Below the pieces are notes generated by a model. It had not been told where the DNA came from. It saw only the letters and a program-made list of their open reading frames with translations, and did not search any database. Source: a virus. From it: a DNA stretch of 64,000 nt. The position numbers and the translations under genes are program-made. Positions 28,953 through 40,500 of this stretch are shown in pieces. Positions within the stretch are counted from its first letter, which is position 1. Every line of letters begins with the position of its first letter. The stretch lies in UHGV virus genome UHGV-0289908, one strand, 5' to 3'.

Positions 28953-29714
28953 TTATCCTCCTAATGCCCTTTGTAAGTCTGCGTCGGCTTTCTTGTCTGC
29001 CTTAACAAAGAACTTATCCCATGCGTTTGGATTTGATAATGTTTCCAATGCCTTGTAAGTATTAATATTATCAACCTTTGCTCCCTGTGCTCGATAAGGA
29101 TGGATTGATTCATTGAAGTCAATTCTCTGAAACATCTCATTGTCACAGCGTAGTTGATAGTATGTATAGTCCTTCATTTGAGAAGGTAGGATTTGTTTTT
29201 TGTTGCACACATAGACCAACATGGATTGAAAGTCAAACTCTCCTCCAGACTTATTTCGAACCTTTACTGCTTTGTCGATTAACTTTTGAGTATACTCATC
29301 CTCCACAATCAATGGTTCAAACATTAGGTTTTGACGCATAATAACTTCACGAATTGCGTCATAGTTGTGTTGATTGACAACTCCTGTGTCTTCAATTACA
29401 ACTCCCCAATGACCTCTATCATCCATTTCCAGAGTTGACTTTCGTTTGGTGACAAGTTCAAACATTCTTTCGAAGTTTTTTATTGCCTTGCAGTCAGTGT
29501 CTTGTTTTTCCAAAACCTCTGTTGCGATAATGGATATAACTAATTCAAACAGCTTCATTTTCTTTTGGGGTTTGAGTCGATAATTAATAAAGTTGTAGCC
29601 ATATAATAAATACTTGCTTCCTACTTCATTAAACTCTTCCCAATCAAGAACGCTAATGGGGAATAACTCTATGCCGTCAACTATTTCGCTTTTGCCTAAG
29701 TAGTCTTTAATCAT
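28953..29714 (-). CDS. Head-tail joining / tail completion protein
   Basis: ORF from the track, in the neck module between the capsid and the major tail protein. Overlaps its neighbours. Confidence 0.4.
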   Translation of the reverse strand: MIKDYLGKSEIVDGIELFPISVLDWEEFNEVGSKYLLYGYNFINYRLKPQKKMKLFELVISIIATEVLEKQDTDCKAIKNFERMFELVTKRKSTLEMDDRGHWGVVIEDTGVVNQHNYDAIREVIMRQNLMFEPLIVEDEYTQKLIDKAVKVRNKSGGEFDFQSMLVYVCNKKQILPSQMKDYTYYQLRCDNEMFQRIDFNESIHPYRAQGAKVDNINTYKALETLSNPNAWDKFFVKADKKADADLQRALGG

Positions 29715-30393
29715 ATCGAGATTCCCCGCCTAGTTCATCTTCATCTACATGACCACCTAATACGATTACATAAAATGGGATAGTCATCCCCATGTATCCA
29801 GATGTTCCAACACGTAAATCGGTCACATCTCCTGCAAGATGAATAGTACAATCTCCCGTGAACTCTCGTGCCTCTCCCTCAACAGATTTTTCATCCAAGA
29901 GGTCTACGATTTCGCAGGCGATTGAATTAGCTCGTTCTTCATATAAGCTATCTAATTGGTTGAATTCAATCGGGTAGATAATGTCAATGTTAAAGAAGTG
30001 TTTTCCAACAATATTGTCTACTCCATAACTTAGTCGTCCACTGACCATGTTTGGATTAAACGTGCTTTTATGACAATGAACATAGATACTAACCTGTCTA
30101 TCAGATAATACCTCACCGCTGAAAGCATAGTCGTATAAAATACGCTTGTCAGCAGTTTCGCTTACATTGTCATTGGTAGTGGGGAATCTTAAACTGTCTA
30201 CTAGGTCTGGTTGTTTGACCTTATCCCCATTGTATCCCACCCCTCTATTTAACAAAGGAGTGCGTGTATAGTATCGAGACAGTCGCTTAATCTTTTGCGA
30301 ATTATCAATAAGCTCCATCATGTAGAGCTTAAGTGGGACAATTCGTTTCAGTTTCGCACTTTTCTTCCCCATGTATTTGTTATTTCCATTCAT
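29707..30393 (-). CDS. Head-tail joining protein
   Basis: ORF from the track. Neck module. Confidence 0.4.
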   Translation of the reverse strand: MNGNNKYMGKKSAKLKRIVPLKLYMMELIDNSQKIKRLSRYYTRTPLLNRGVGYNGDKVKQPDLVDSLRFPTTNDNVSETADKRILYDYAFSGEVLSDRQVSIYVHCHKSTFNPNMVSGRLSYGVDNIVGKHFFNIDIIYPIEFNQLDSLYEERANSIACEIVDLLDEKSVEGEAREFTGDCTIHLAGDVTDLRVGTSGYMGMTIPFYVIVLGGHVDEDELGGESRYD

Positions 30394-30403
30394 AAGAATC
30401 CCC

Positions 30404-31294
30404 CTAACAAATCATGATATCTTTTTCATATGCGATTCCTGTTTCATCTGTAGCGGTTAAAGTGACCCATCCTCGCTTTGTCCCTCGCAATTCTACAGAG
30501 GTTTCCGTCACAGATGTAGTTGTTGCAATGCTTGAATCATCAACACTCCAAATCACAGGTTTATCTATTGTGTATGTGCGAGATTCATGAAGTCTAATTC
30601 TCTCGTCTCCAATGATTTCAGAAGGAGTGGCATTTTCAATGGCTTCTTCGTATGCGTTCCATGCAATGTTATTCGCAAAATCGTCCATAGGCATTGCTTC
30701 ATCCCTTTGAGCGACACAAGTTAGCATGTTTGGATAAACTAAGTCGTCTAACTCGGTAATCTTGTATATGTATTTATTTGCGAACATAACACGCTGTCCA
30801 ATGAACATTTTGTCGGTGACTGCATTGCGTTGAATATAAATCTTAGTCTTAGAGTCCAATTCATAAAATTTGTCTTGGTCTAAAATACCCTTTGAACCAT
30901 ATGTTGTAGAGTTTGTATAACAAGGAATAGGGTAGTCCACTCCTCGGAAATTCAATTCTCGATTACATAGGTAGCAGTCTGCTTTTGGCAAAACCACGTC
31001 TGTATTTACCTCTTTGACAATGTAGGTCTTGTCATTGTATAAGATGTATGAACCTGTTTTTGCGGTTGTGTTTGGACGTAATAAAATATACTTCTGTAAT
31101 TCGCTAGTCCCACTTCGGACAATAATGTCAATGTCTCTAGGCTCTTCCCCATCCTCTTTTAAAGTTGCGGGGAAGTAACCTTGAGCCGAAACAAAGTTTC
31201 GATTTATTGTTTTCTTTGCGGTTATTTCTCGGGTTGCGTGCACACTGGCTTCGCTCCCCAACATTCTTTTTTTGTAAAGCTCCAGATAAGACAT
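30404..31294 (-). CDS. Neck/connector protein with a C-terminal Ig-like (Big_2-like) domain
   Basis: ORF from the track. C-terminal ~60 aa (TIDKPVIWSVDDSSIATTTSVTETSVELRGTKRGWVTLTATDETG) resembles bacterial Ig-like domains. Confidence 0.4.
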   Translation of the reverse strand: MSYLELYKKRMLGSEASVHATREITAKKTINRNFVSAQGYFPATLKEDGEEPRDIDIIVRSGTSELQKYILLRPNTTAKTGSYILYNDKTYIVKEVNTDVVLPKADCYLCNRELNFRGVDYPIPCYTNSTTYGSKGILDQDKFYELDSKTKIYIQRNAVTDKMFIGQRVMFANKYIYKITELDDLVYPNMLTCVAQRDEAMPMDDFANNIAWNAYEEAIENATPSEIIGDERIRLHESRTYTIDKPVIWSVDDSSIATTTSVTETSVELRGTKRGWVTLTATDETGIAYEKDIMIC

Positions 31295-31716
31295 TACTCC
31301 TCATCCTCCTCGGGATATGTAAGAGCATAGTCATAATCCGTAACTAGGTTATTGTACTCAATCTCTGAATCATTTTTTAATGCACGCATTTCCGCCAATA
31401 GTCCAGAGTTACTAAAAGTTGTAGTATCCTTTGACGCAAGCTGAGTCTCCAAAAACTCATAGTTGTAAATCTTAGGTGATAACCAGTAAATCATCATTCC
31501 ATGGGCAAGAATGAGGGCTTCTGTATCATTTAATTCACGAGTAAACTCTTGTGTCTCTTTATCGAACTGTACCTTCTTAATAACTCGTGTGCGTGCAAGT
31601 ACCATTCGAACCTTAATTCCTAACTCCAGTTTAAGTTCATCAAGACTATACTCAATGTACTTTGCTTCTGAAAGAAGGTTAAGGAACATATCAATGACAT
31701 CATCAAACGTATTCAT
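31294..31716 (-). CDS. Head-tail adaptor-like protein (140 aa)
   Basis: ORF from the track. Start/stop overlap with the downstream gene. Confidence 0.4.
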   Translation of the reverse strand: MNTFDDVIDMFLNLLSEAKYIEYSLDELKLELGIKVRMVLARTRVIKKVQFDKETQEFTRELNDTEALILAHGMMIYWLSPKIYNYEFLETQLASKDTTTFSNSGLLAEMRALKNDSEIEYNNLVTDYDYALTYPEEDEE

Positions 31717-31751
31717 TAAATCACCCCTCTATAACGAGGGGCAACCCCTCG

Positions 31752-32390
31752 CTAGTAATCAAAGTCTTTGCTTAATAATTCTTCGAATTTACGAATGACC
31801 AAAATATCTCGTAATTCTTTATTTTCTACTTTTTCGTCAATTAAACGTGCCAAAGTTCCTTTGAATCCTTTTGTTAGCTGATTAACGTCTGCTTCAATTT
31901 GGTCTAAAGGCAGAGTAACGAAAGTATCAATGTCTTGAACTCGTTCAATTAGGTCATACATATCTTTTAATCCCATTGCTTCCACTACTTCTGGGTCATC
32001 AATTAACAACCATGGAGTACGTAAGAATTTGTGAGATTGATTATCCATAGTTAAGATTTCATCTACTGTTAAGTATAAGTCGTCCCCTGTGTCTAGCCAC
32101 TTGTGGACTTCACCTGTCTTCTTGTTCTTGAAGATGACACGCTTGTTGCATGAAGTAACACGCACTTCACGGTCTTTTACTTCTTTTGATTTTAACCAAC
32201 GCTTGTCAAATACCACTGGTTGCTCTTCCACTTCCTTCGCTTGTGTAAGCGGAGTTTGTTGTGCTAATAACACTTGTAACTGAGCAATCATTTCTGGTGT
32301 TAATTGACTTAAATCGAATGCAGGTGTTTCCACCGCTTGTGCAGTCTTCTTTGTTGTAGACTTGCGAGTTGTGGTTGTTTTAGTAGTCAT
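31752..32390 (-). CDS. Hypothetical protein (212 aa) with a Thr/Lys-rich N-terminus
   Basis: ORF from the track. Confidence 0.45.
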   Translation of the reverse strand: MTTKTTTTRKSTTKKTAQAVETPAFDLSQLTPEMIAQLQVLLAQQTPLTQAKEVEEQPVVFDKRWLKSKEVKDREVRVTSCNKRVIFKNKKTGEVHKWLDTGDDLYLTVDEILTMDNQSHKFLRTPWLLIDDPEVVEAMGLKDMYDLIERVQDIDTFVTLPLDQIEADVNQLTKGFKGTLARLIDEKVENKELRDILVIRKFEELLSKDFDY

Positions 32391-32584
32391 TAATATCTCC
32401 CCTTAACATCTTTCACAATAAATTCTTTGTTGTGCCAACGTTTTAACATATCTTCAAATTTCTCGTCTCGTTGGAAGACGATTGCTACCTTGGTGTTGTT
32501 CCCAAATCCAATTCCCACTACTTTACACCCATGCTTAACAAAAGTGTCTGCTTGTGGAATGTTAAAAATCTTTACTGTATTCAT
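32390..32584 (-). CDS. Hypothetical protein (64 aa)
   Basis: ORF from the track. Confidence 0.35.
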   Translation of the reverse strand: MNTVKIFNIPQADTFVKHGCKVVGIGFGNNTKVAIVFQRDEKFEDMLKRWHNKEFIVKDVKGRY

Positions 32585-32681
32585 TTTTTAAAAACTCCTT
32601 AAAATCACTTATTAAAATTTTCTACTCATTCATTAGAAAAAGACTAGAGAGTGTTGACTCCCTAGTCTCTGTGTGCTATAA

Positions 32682-33692
32682 TTAAGCTAAAGTGATTTTA
32701 CCAATAGCTTTGTCTAAGATTACAGATACACCCGCTTGGAATGTATAAGTGTATTCCATAGACATGTCATGGTTTTGGTAACCAGAAGTTTCATTGATTA
32801 ATCCAGAAGTTACAGCCATCTTAACTGGTTTAGTGTCTCCTGCGATTAAGTAGATTTCGTCGTTAGACATTAAGAAATCGAATGTTCCTTGTTTATGAAC
32901 TTGTTCTAACTCGATACAACGGTATCCATTCCATAATGAAACGTATCCTTTTTGATTACGTTCATTTTTCATAGCGTCAGAAGCAGGTAAAGCTACTTTC
33001 CCTTGTAATTTGTTTAACGCAATTTTAGTACCTACGAAAGTTACTTCTCCTGCGTCTGCTTCGATGTGAGCACATACTTCTAAGATTTCTGCTTCATCGA
33101 ATGAACCAGATACTGTCCATTGTTCTGGTAAGCGGTTTAATAATGCTTCGAAAGTAGTGTACGAGATTTCACGTAATTTACGGTCAACAGCTTCTTGTAA
33201 TAAGTTTACTAATGTTACGAAGTCGCAACGAGACGCTAAAACACGCTCTAAATATTCATAAACTTTAATACCGAAGTCACGCATTTCAACAGAGAATGAT
33301 TGACCAACGTCGATACGTTGACGTTTTAAGTCGAAGTGGCTACCAGAGAATTCAGCCGCTACTAATTGATGACGTGGTTCTACGTAGAATTCGTTAATGT
33401 CTCCTGCGTCGATAGTTTTTGTTTCTACGAATTGGTCAAAGAATTCGTTTTTGTAAGTCCCTTTAATGATTCCTTCTGTGATTACGTTTTCGATGATTTC
33501 GAATACTTTCACATTTGTTACAGGGTTACGCATAGCTTTACGGAAAGACATTACATCAAATTTAGTCATTCCTAAAACATCTAACATTTCTTGACGAATC
33601 ATTTCGTCACGCTCTGCTTTCGTCTTTGCAGAGAATTGTGTAGGTAAATCATTGTTGTAGTTATCAATGATTAATTTTGCAATTTCATTCAT
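32682..33692 (-). CDS. Major capsid protein (336 aa)
   Basis: Size and position after the portal/scaffold genes. Strong RBS AAGGAGGA. Confidence 0.6.
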   Translation of the reverse strand: MNEIAKLIIDNYNNDLPTQFSAKTKAERDEMIRQEMLDVLGMTKFDVMSFRKAMRNPVTNVKVFEIIENVITEGIIKGTYKNEFFDQFVETKTIDAGDINEFYVEPRHQLVAAEFSGSHFDLKRQRIDVGQSFSVEMRDFGIKVYEYLERVLASRCDFVTLVNLLQEAVDRKLREISYTTFEALLNRLPEQWTVSGSFDEAEILEVCAHIEADAGEVTFVGTKIALNKLQGKVALPASDAMKNERNQKGYVSLWNGYRCIELEQVHKQGTFDFLMSNDEIYLIAGDTKPVKMAVTSGLINETSGYQNHDMSMEYTYTFQAGVSVILDKAIGKITLA

Positions 33693-33739
33693 AAAAATAA
33701 ATCCTCCTTGGGTATGTGTTGGTTAAGACTTAATTGAAA

Positions 33740-34468
33740 TTAGTTATATTTAACTTCAACCATTACCATTTTGTGTGCAACTGGGAATGCAGAGAAGTCG
33801 TCTGCTAATAAAGTTACTGATTGGAATGCGTCACGAACTCCAGTAACTTCTAAGTACATAACATCTGATTCTGGAGCAGAAGCTGTGTATTCATAGTGAG
33901 TTGCTTCATTTACCATTTTGAATTTGTCTCCAACTTTGATTTGGTCTGCACTACGTCCAGTGAAGTAGTCTTGAGATAATTCGAACTCATCATGTAATTC
34001 TAATGGAATAACTGGTACTGCTTTACCTGCACGGTTGCGGAAGATTCCTAATGCGTAATCAGTTTTCTTAGCTTGAGAGTAGTTAATCTCTGGCTTCATT
34101 ACTAACATAGGTTTTACCTTACCTGCAATTAAATCAGTTGTAGGGATTTTCGCTTCACGAATCTCAGTTTCCCCTTCTTTTAATCCTCCAACGAACACTA
34201 ATGCCCCATTTGGCACTTCAACGTTTAATACTGCTGAGTGTAAACGTCCACCAGTGTTTGTCGCTTTAATTTTGCTTGTGTTACAAACTAAATACTTGTT
34301 TGACATGTCTTTACCTCCGTCTGCTTGTGGCTCTACTGTTCTAGCGTAAGTTTTTGCCACTTTTGTTTTCTTTTCTTCTGTTTGAGTTTCTACCTGTTCC
34401 ACTGCAACAACTTCTTCAACAAGAGTTGCCACTGGTTCAGATACTGATTTTTTGCGAGCCATTGACAC
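33740..34468 (-). CDS. Capsid-module protein (scaffold or decoration candidate), 242 aa
   Basis: ORF from the track. Acidic N-terminus followed by a beta-rich domain. Lies directly upstream of the major capsid gene. Confidence 0.4.
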   Translation of the reverse strand: MSMARKKSVSEPVATLVEEVVAVEQVETQTEEKKTKVAKTYARTVEPQADGGKDMSNKYLVCNTSKIKATNTGGRLHSAVLNVEVPNGALVFVGGLKEGETEIREAKIPTTDLIAGKVKPMLVMKPEINYSQAKKTDYALGIFRNRAGKAVPVIPLELHDEFELSQDYFTGRSADQIKVGDKFKMVNEATHYEYTASAPESDVMYLEVTGVRDAFQSVTLLADDFSAFPVAHKMVMVEVKYN

Positions 34469-34474
34469 TCCTCC

Positions 34475-35791
34475 TTATTTGAAGTATTTGTCGAAGCGTC
34501 CTCCATAGTAGCTCTTTGTCTCTGTTGGTGTCGCTCCTACTGCTAACTTAGCAGTTCCTTGTTTTTTAGGCTTGTTTGACATACTAAAGTTTTTCTTCCC
34601 TAAAAGAGCGAATAATTTTAATTCTAAGTCTTCAAGAGAGTATTCACGAGCTTTTTCTCGTAACTCAGCATATCCTTCGTACCCTTCTAAAGCAGTAAAT
34701 TGAGCAAATAATGCTTCCTCTGCTTCATTGCGTCGCTCTGCTAAAACCTCTGCTTCGAAGTCTGCTAATCGTGCATTTTCCTCACGCATAGTTTCTAGTT
34801 CACGAGTTGCATTTGCAAGAGCCATTTCTAACTCTTCAATACGAGCTTGGTAGTCCGCTTCTGGGGCTTCCTCTGCAACTTCCTCAGTTGCTTCATTTTC
34901 CTCAGTAACTTCTTCCACTTCTTCTTCAACCTCGGCAGTCTCTTCTTCTTGTGCTTCAACTTCCTCAGTTTCTTCCTCTGTAGCTTCAAAATCTTCTGAT
35001 TGTTGGTTTTCTTCAACAACTTCTGTTTCTTCTGCTACTTCTGGGTTTTCGTTGTTTTCTTCGAACTCCTCAGTCACCTCAGTTTCTGGAGTGACAGCAG
35101 GCACTTCGTTTTCAACAACTTCGTTATTATCTAATACCTGTGACATGGTTTCACCTCCTAATTCTTCGACTGTGTATTGTTTGAATTTGTTAATCATTTC
35201 TTCGTATAGGTTATTGGCTTCATTTGCCGAGTATCCAATCGTTGCTTTTGCAGACTCGAAACATGGCTCTACCCCCAATAGGCATAGGGCTTGGAATCGT
35301 GCCTTCTTAATATCAAATACTCCGTTGTCGAGCCAATCACCATCCTCAATGGCAATCTCCATTGACTGACCAACATGTTTTTCAAACACTTCATCTAAAA
35401 TTGGATAACGACCTCGCCATAAGTAGGCATAGCAACTTAAATATTTATTCACAGTCATTCCGTCTTTTTCAAGAATATCTTCAAAGAAGAATGGAGTAGT
35501 AGGGTCTACAAATCCATAAGGAATGGTCGTTTGAATCACTTTAAAACCATCGTCTGAAATCTCTAGTTTCCCACCGTGACCTTTGAAGGTCTTATTCTCT
35601 TCGTCAATTTCTCCAATAACAGGAACACCATAAATTGTTTGAGCTAAATCCATTAATACTGGTTCGTCAATTTTAGACCAGTTGCGGTTTTCGCCTTCAT
35701 AGCATACATTGACTTTGACACGCATAAACTCTGGATTGACACGCTCAAAGTTTGTCATAGTCGTATTGAATTTTAACGTCTGTCCTTTCAC
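34475..35791 (-). CDS. Head morphogenesis protein, 438 aa: an N-terminal globular domain plus a highly acidic C-terminal coiled coil (protease/scaffold-like or SPP1 gp7-like)
   Basis: ORF from the track. Residues ~215-320 are more than 50% Glu/Asp/Thr repeats (EETEVVEENQQSEDFEATEEETEEVEAQEEE). Sits between the portal and capsid genes. Confidence 0.4.
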   Translation of the reverse strand: MKGQTLKFNTTMTNFERVNPEFMRVKVNVCYEGENRNWSKIDEPVLMDLAQTIYGVPVIGEIDEENKTFKGHGGKLEISDDGFKVIQTTIPYGFVDPTTPFFFEDILEKDGMTVNKYLSCYAYLWRGRYPILDEVFEKHVGQSMEIAIEDGDWLDNGVFDIKKARFQALCLLGVEPCFESAKATIGYSANEANNLYEEMINKFKQYTVEELGGETMSQVLDNNEVVENEVPAVTPETEVTEEFEENNENPEVAEETEVVEENQQSEDFEATEEETEEVEAQEEETAEVEEEVEEVTEENEATEEVAEEAPEADYQARIEELEMALANATRELETMREENARLADFEAEVLAERRNEAEEALFAQFTALEGYEGYAELREKAREYSLEDLELKLFALLGKKNFSMSNKPKKQGTAKLAVGATPTETKSYYGGRFDKYFK

Positions 35792-35820
35792 TCACACACC
35801 TCCTTTCGAATATGGTCAAA

Positions 35821-35997
35821 TTAAAAAGTCAAGGTGTTTGTTACATTTGCCTTGACTTTTGCATTGCTGAATTTTAACTCTTTTGAGTTTGCAAAAACAT
35901 ATTTGACAGCAGATTCAAGAGGAACTTCACGAATTAATCGGTATCCGCTTTCAATTAGAGCGTCACGGTCAGATTCTGTATATACTTCAATAAACAA
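35821..35997 (-). CDS. Possible small TTG-start ORF (58 aa) in the portal/morphogenesis gap
   Basis: Open frame xFIEVYTESDRDALIESGYRLIREVPLESAVKYVFANSKELKFSNAKVKANVTNTLTF with GAGGG 8 nt upstream. Non-ATG start. Confidence 0.25.
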   Translation of the reverse strand: MFIEVYTESDRDALIESGYRLIREVPLESAVKYVFANSKELKFSNAKVKANVTNTLTF

Positions 35998-36002
35998 AGT
36001 AA

Positions 36003-37556
36003 CTACCCTCTTTCGTTTCCGTCATTTTCACGGGTTGATTCTCCCGTAGCTGACAAGTCTTCGTCTGCTACCTCTGGTCTTCCATCTTTGTCGTCTGTTA
36101 CCTCTCCATCTCCACTTTGAGTGTATGATGAGTTTAATGGAATCCAGTTGTTGTGTAATTCTAGGATATCGTTTTCTAAGAATGTTAATCCACTAATCTC
36201 TAATGGACTGCTTTGCCCAACGACTGCCGCCATTTGCATTTTTGTTGGTAACCCTAAAGTTGCGGCACTGGTTAATTGAGAAATGACTTCCTCTTTGTTA
36301 TATCCTGTCACATCTAATAGTTTGATTTTAAACATTCCATTGAAGCGACGTTTGAATTTACGGTTTAACCAACGCTCTAATGAGCGGTTAAGTTGGAACA
36401 AGATTGCTTCGTCAGTCTTGATAGAGTATTTTGTAGAAGTAGAGTTGTCTCCACCATTAAATAACATGTCTGTAACACCAATGGTATCATAGAAGTTTTG
36501 CACTGCGTCTTTAACTTTATTCTTGTTATTGTTCGCATCACGGAAACTGATATCTTTTACTGGTAATGGAGTAACAAATGTTCCAATGCTCTCATCAATA
36601 GATTGACGAGCCATGTTGTAGAATTGTAAAGCGGTTGACGCTTTAACTTCAAAGTTGTCTGGCTTCTCTGATTTTCCACTCATACGAGGGATTTCAAATG
36701 CTAATAAGCGATAGTTATTTTGTTCCGTGCTTACTTTCTCCAAGTTTTTATAGTCTTGGATATCAACGACATCTAAAGCCGCTGAAACATAGTAAGGGTA
36801 ACAATAAGGTAAATCCTCTTGTAATTTAAAACAGATAGACTTGTCTGACGGAACTTCTTGCCATTGATACAATGAACTGTCAGACTTGTACTTTGTATAT
36901 CCACTGCGGAAGAATGATGGCACAATCGTTTCATACGTGTTTAATAAAGTTTCTTCGTCATCATCGTTGTCGAAGAATGAGAAGTCAAACTCAAAATTGT
37001 AGCAAGCATCCTCTACAGATGAAATACGACAATAGTCTGGGTTTAATTGTTTAATGTAATATGAACTGTTTTTCTCGTCTTCGTACTCAATTCCATAGAA
37101 AACATCTTCTCGGAAGCAAGTTCTCTTGACTTTAACAAATTCATGTGGTATACTTAACATATCGAGATAAGCAACTGCTTTATGATAGTTCTTAGCAATA
37201 TTCTCACGATTCGTTTCAAACTTATCTACTTGAGCAGGAACAATGATGGGGCAATCAATTCCGATACTCGGTAAATAGTTAACAATACGCTTATACATAA
37301 AGCTAGTGTTTTCCAAATAGCGAGATAGTTCTCGAAGTTGTTTTTCATAATCTTGAGGAGAAGACAGATACGAAGTGATTGCGTCTCGGTCATACTCTCC
37401 GACTTTGCTAATGATTGAGTCACTTACTCGTCGGTCGTGGCGAAGTCCAAGATTCATAGACTTCATTGCACGAGCAAATTCCATCATGAACAATTCTTGT
37501 TCGGCTTGTTCTTGAGCCTGTTCTTGAAGAATTTTCTCAGTCATATCAGTAGACAT
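36003..37556 (-). CDS. Portal protein (517 aa)
   Basis: Immediately downstream of the large terminase. Size and the acidic C-terminal tail (GDGEVTDDKDGRPEVADEDL) are typical of siphovirus portals. Confidence 0.65.
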   Translation of the reverse strand: MSTDMTEKILQEQAQEQAEQELFMMEFARAMKSMNLGLRHDRRVSDSIISKVGEYDRDAITSYLSSPQDYEKQLRELSRYLENTSFMYKRIVNYLPSIGIDCPIIVPAQVDKFETNRENIAKNYHKAVAYLDMLSIPHEFVKVKRTCFREDVFYGIEYEDEKNSSYYIKQLNPDYCRISSVEDACYNFEFDFSFFDNDDDEETLLNTYETIVPSFFRSGYTKYKSDSSLYQWQEVPSDKSICFKLQEDLPYCYPYYVSAALDVVDIQDYKNLEKVSTEQNNYRLLAFEIPRMSGKSEKPDNFEVKASTALQFYNMARQSIDESIGTFVTPLPVKDISFRDANNNKNKVKDAVQNFYDTIGVTDMLFNGGDNSTSTKYSIKTDEAILFQLNRSLERWLNRKFKRRFNGMFKIKLLDVTGYNKEEVISQLTSAATLGLPTKMQMAAVVGQSSPLEISGLTFLENDILELHNNWIPLNSSYTQSGDGEVTDDKDGRPEVADEDLSATGESTRENDGNERG

Positions 37557-37570
37557 CTGTCCACCTCCTG

Positions 37571-40500
37571 TTATCTAATCTTAGGGCTAGAGAAGCAGTA
37601 TAGAGAAGCAATGTTAAAGTCTTCTTCCTCTTCTTTTGCCTTATTTTCGTGTGTCATAATATACCAAATCATATAGACAAGTGCCGAGTAACGGTCTTTG
37701 TCAATCGACTTGGAATTACGTTTTACCGTCAGCTTCCCTCCATTTAGCTGTTCAAGACTTAAGTTAGCTATCTCTTCGATAAGTAGCTCTGTCTGAACAT
37801 GAGGGAGCACTGTGCTCTTTAAGAAGTCTTGGTCTGAGTTGGCAACTACGTTCTGGTCTACTTTCTCAAGTAGCTGTAGCGTTCCATTCTCAACTAAGTT
37901 CATAAAGTTAACAATAATGTCAGTATTCAGACCTTGAGCCTGTAAAGCCCAAACACATTTTAATGCTTCTGCTTCGTCTGACTCATGTTCTGTATTGATT
38001 GTGTCGAACGCAATTAACTCTTCACCTGTTATCGGGTCAATGTGAAGTTTCATTATCTCGTCAAGTAGTCCTACGCCTAATCCGTTAATATCTATGACAA
38101 CGGTTACAGCTTTGTATAGCTTCTGTAGTCGCTTAACTGCAATGGCTTGCCCAGTGAAGTTTGTGCCGTTAGGCAGGTTGACAATGTTGACAATCTGAAT
38201 ATGATTAACCTTGTCTTTTTTATCTCGTTTAACCTTACCTACTACAATAGAGGTCTGGTTGTTGTTCGTCTTTGTAGAGCGAGCCACATCGACTCCAATA
38301 TAGTATTCGCTCTTCCCGTCAGACTTTAGCTCTGCCTTTGGAAGAGTTCGGATGTTGAATAGCTTATTTAAGTCGATGATACATGAGTCGGACGAGCCCA
38401 CCCAACGGGATTCGTAGTTAGTTGCGAAGAATGTCGGAGATAGTTTCTCCTTCTTGGCAAGTAACTGTGAACGTGTCTCTCCACGTCCATACTCGCAGGC
38501 AAGCTCCCAAGAGCTACCCAATACAATTTTACCTTTTAACTCTGCCATCTCTTTGACCATTGCTAAACAACGCTCATACTCAGTGTTCTTGAAGTATGCT
38601 GTTGTTAAGAAGTGGATTTGACCATTCATTTCACAAGGGTCTACTTGCGGATTGTAACCAATAGTACGACGAGGTACGTTGACGATTGGTTCAAGGGCAT
38701 CAGAGAAGACGAAGTCGTTAAGTAAGGCAGCCTCTTCCATCATCAAACGATGGCGACGCTTACCCTTACTTGACTGTGCATTGGCAAGAGTGCTGATAGT
38801 ACTTCCACTTGTGAAGTGAATCTCGGCATTATCTTTTGAGAATTGTGGCTTACCTACAATCTCCGCTCCGATAAGAGGGAAGAATCGCACAATCTCACTG
38901 TGTTTCTCTTCAACTAATCCTGCGGCTGCTTGCATGGTCTGAGCCGACATAGATAGGTTGATATTTGGATAGAGAATAGCTGTTACATAGAGTGCTAACA
39001 ACTCTGTAAATGTATTGTGACTAACTAATCCATTTGACACAAATGAATGAGTGTTGTCTAATGACAAGTCATACACATGAGCCTTAGAATCTTTAATGGT
39101 CTTAATCTTTGAATAGAAGTAATTTTCACACTGCAAAGATTTAAAATGCTCACAGTGTTTTGCTTCATGAAAGCGTTCATGATTTAACATTTGGTTTAAT
39201 TTTTTATAAGTGAATAAACCACCTTTGTTTGCCACTTGATATAGAGGATGACTTGATTTATTAACATTCTCCCCTATTGATTCATAGAACTCTCTAATCT
39301 TAGACTGCTGATTTGGAATAATGTCTTTTATGGTTCTTCCTTGATACTCTTTGCAGCGTTGTTCTAACAATTCTTGTTTTCTTTGACAAGAGAATCCTAT
39401 TTCATCTCTGAATTTTAGTATGTTACTTCCCGTGATGGTAATAATGTAAGATTTCGTTTGATACTGTTTGCTTATCTTTGTTCGTCTGTTTGAAATAATT
39501 CCCAAGTTCAACAATAGTGTTTGAACCTGTTTAGACATTTTTTCAGAAGCTGTGCAGAATGAAACAGCTCTGCTCTCCACTCCACCGTCTGTATCAAATA
39601 ATCCTTGCAAACATTTCACCACATATTTTTTCGGTGCTTCTAAAATAATGTTGGGGATAACCTTGGTAAAGGCATCTGACTGCGACAAACCAAGTTGTCT
39701 AAAGTATTCACGAACATATTTGCCGTTGACGACATAATCTATGCCTGTTTTACGCTGTTTAACCTCTACTCCTATGACATTGTTCATAAAAGAGTGGTAG
39801 CGTTCCACCATATCTTGGTCTTTTGATGTAAAGAGGATGATGTTATCTCTTGTCAAGCAGCCATCTCCTAAAAGATAGCCAATTATCAGAGCTAAGTCCT
39901 CAGTTAATTCCGTCGGAGTGTTGCATTTGTTTTTTTCAATTTTCCATTTAGAGTCTCCACCAAAAGAATTTAACCACGAGTGCATATCAAAAGTCAATTT
40001 GGTTCTGCTACCCCAAACATTATCTCCTCGGCTTGTGATTAAATAATCTCCGACATGTAAATCCTCTGTTCGTTTCCAGTCAATATTTCCATCTGTTGTC
40101 ATAACTAGCACGGGGTGGTTTAACGAAGGTTCAATTTCAATACCTTCCTCGGTATATATTTTCTTTGTGTCCTTATATCCACTATACACCCCTGCAATGA
40201 CATTCTCCATCTGTTTATGACGATTGCTCACTGTCATTTGTTTAGGAATTATGTATGTTTCAACATTATCATCTTGATAATTAAAGTACGACCCAATCTC
40301 TTTAACTCCCTCGTTTGTTAAAATTAATGTATCGCCAGATACACATTTTCCATATCCACGTGGGAATACCCCGTAGACAGAAGCGAAACGGACTAGAACA
40401 CGAATGAACACTCGTTGGTCTAAGTCGAGTCGGATACCCCCTGTCTCGGGCGTAATTAGGTCGAGAAAGAGGTCGGGGAAAAAGCGAGCCCACGAAATGA

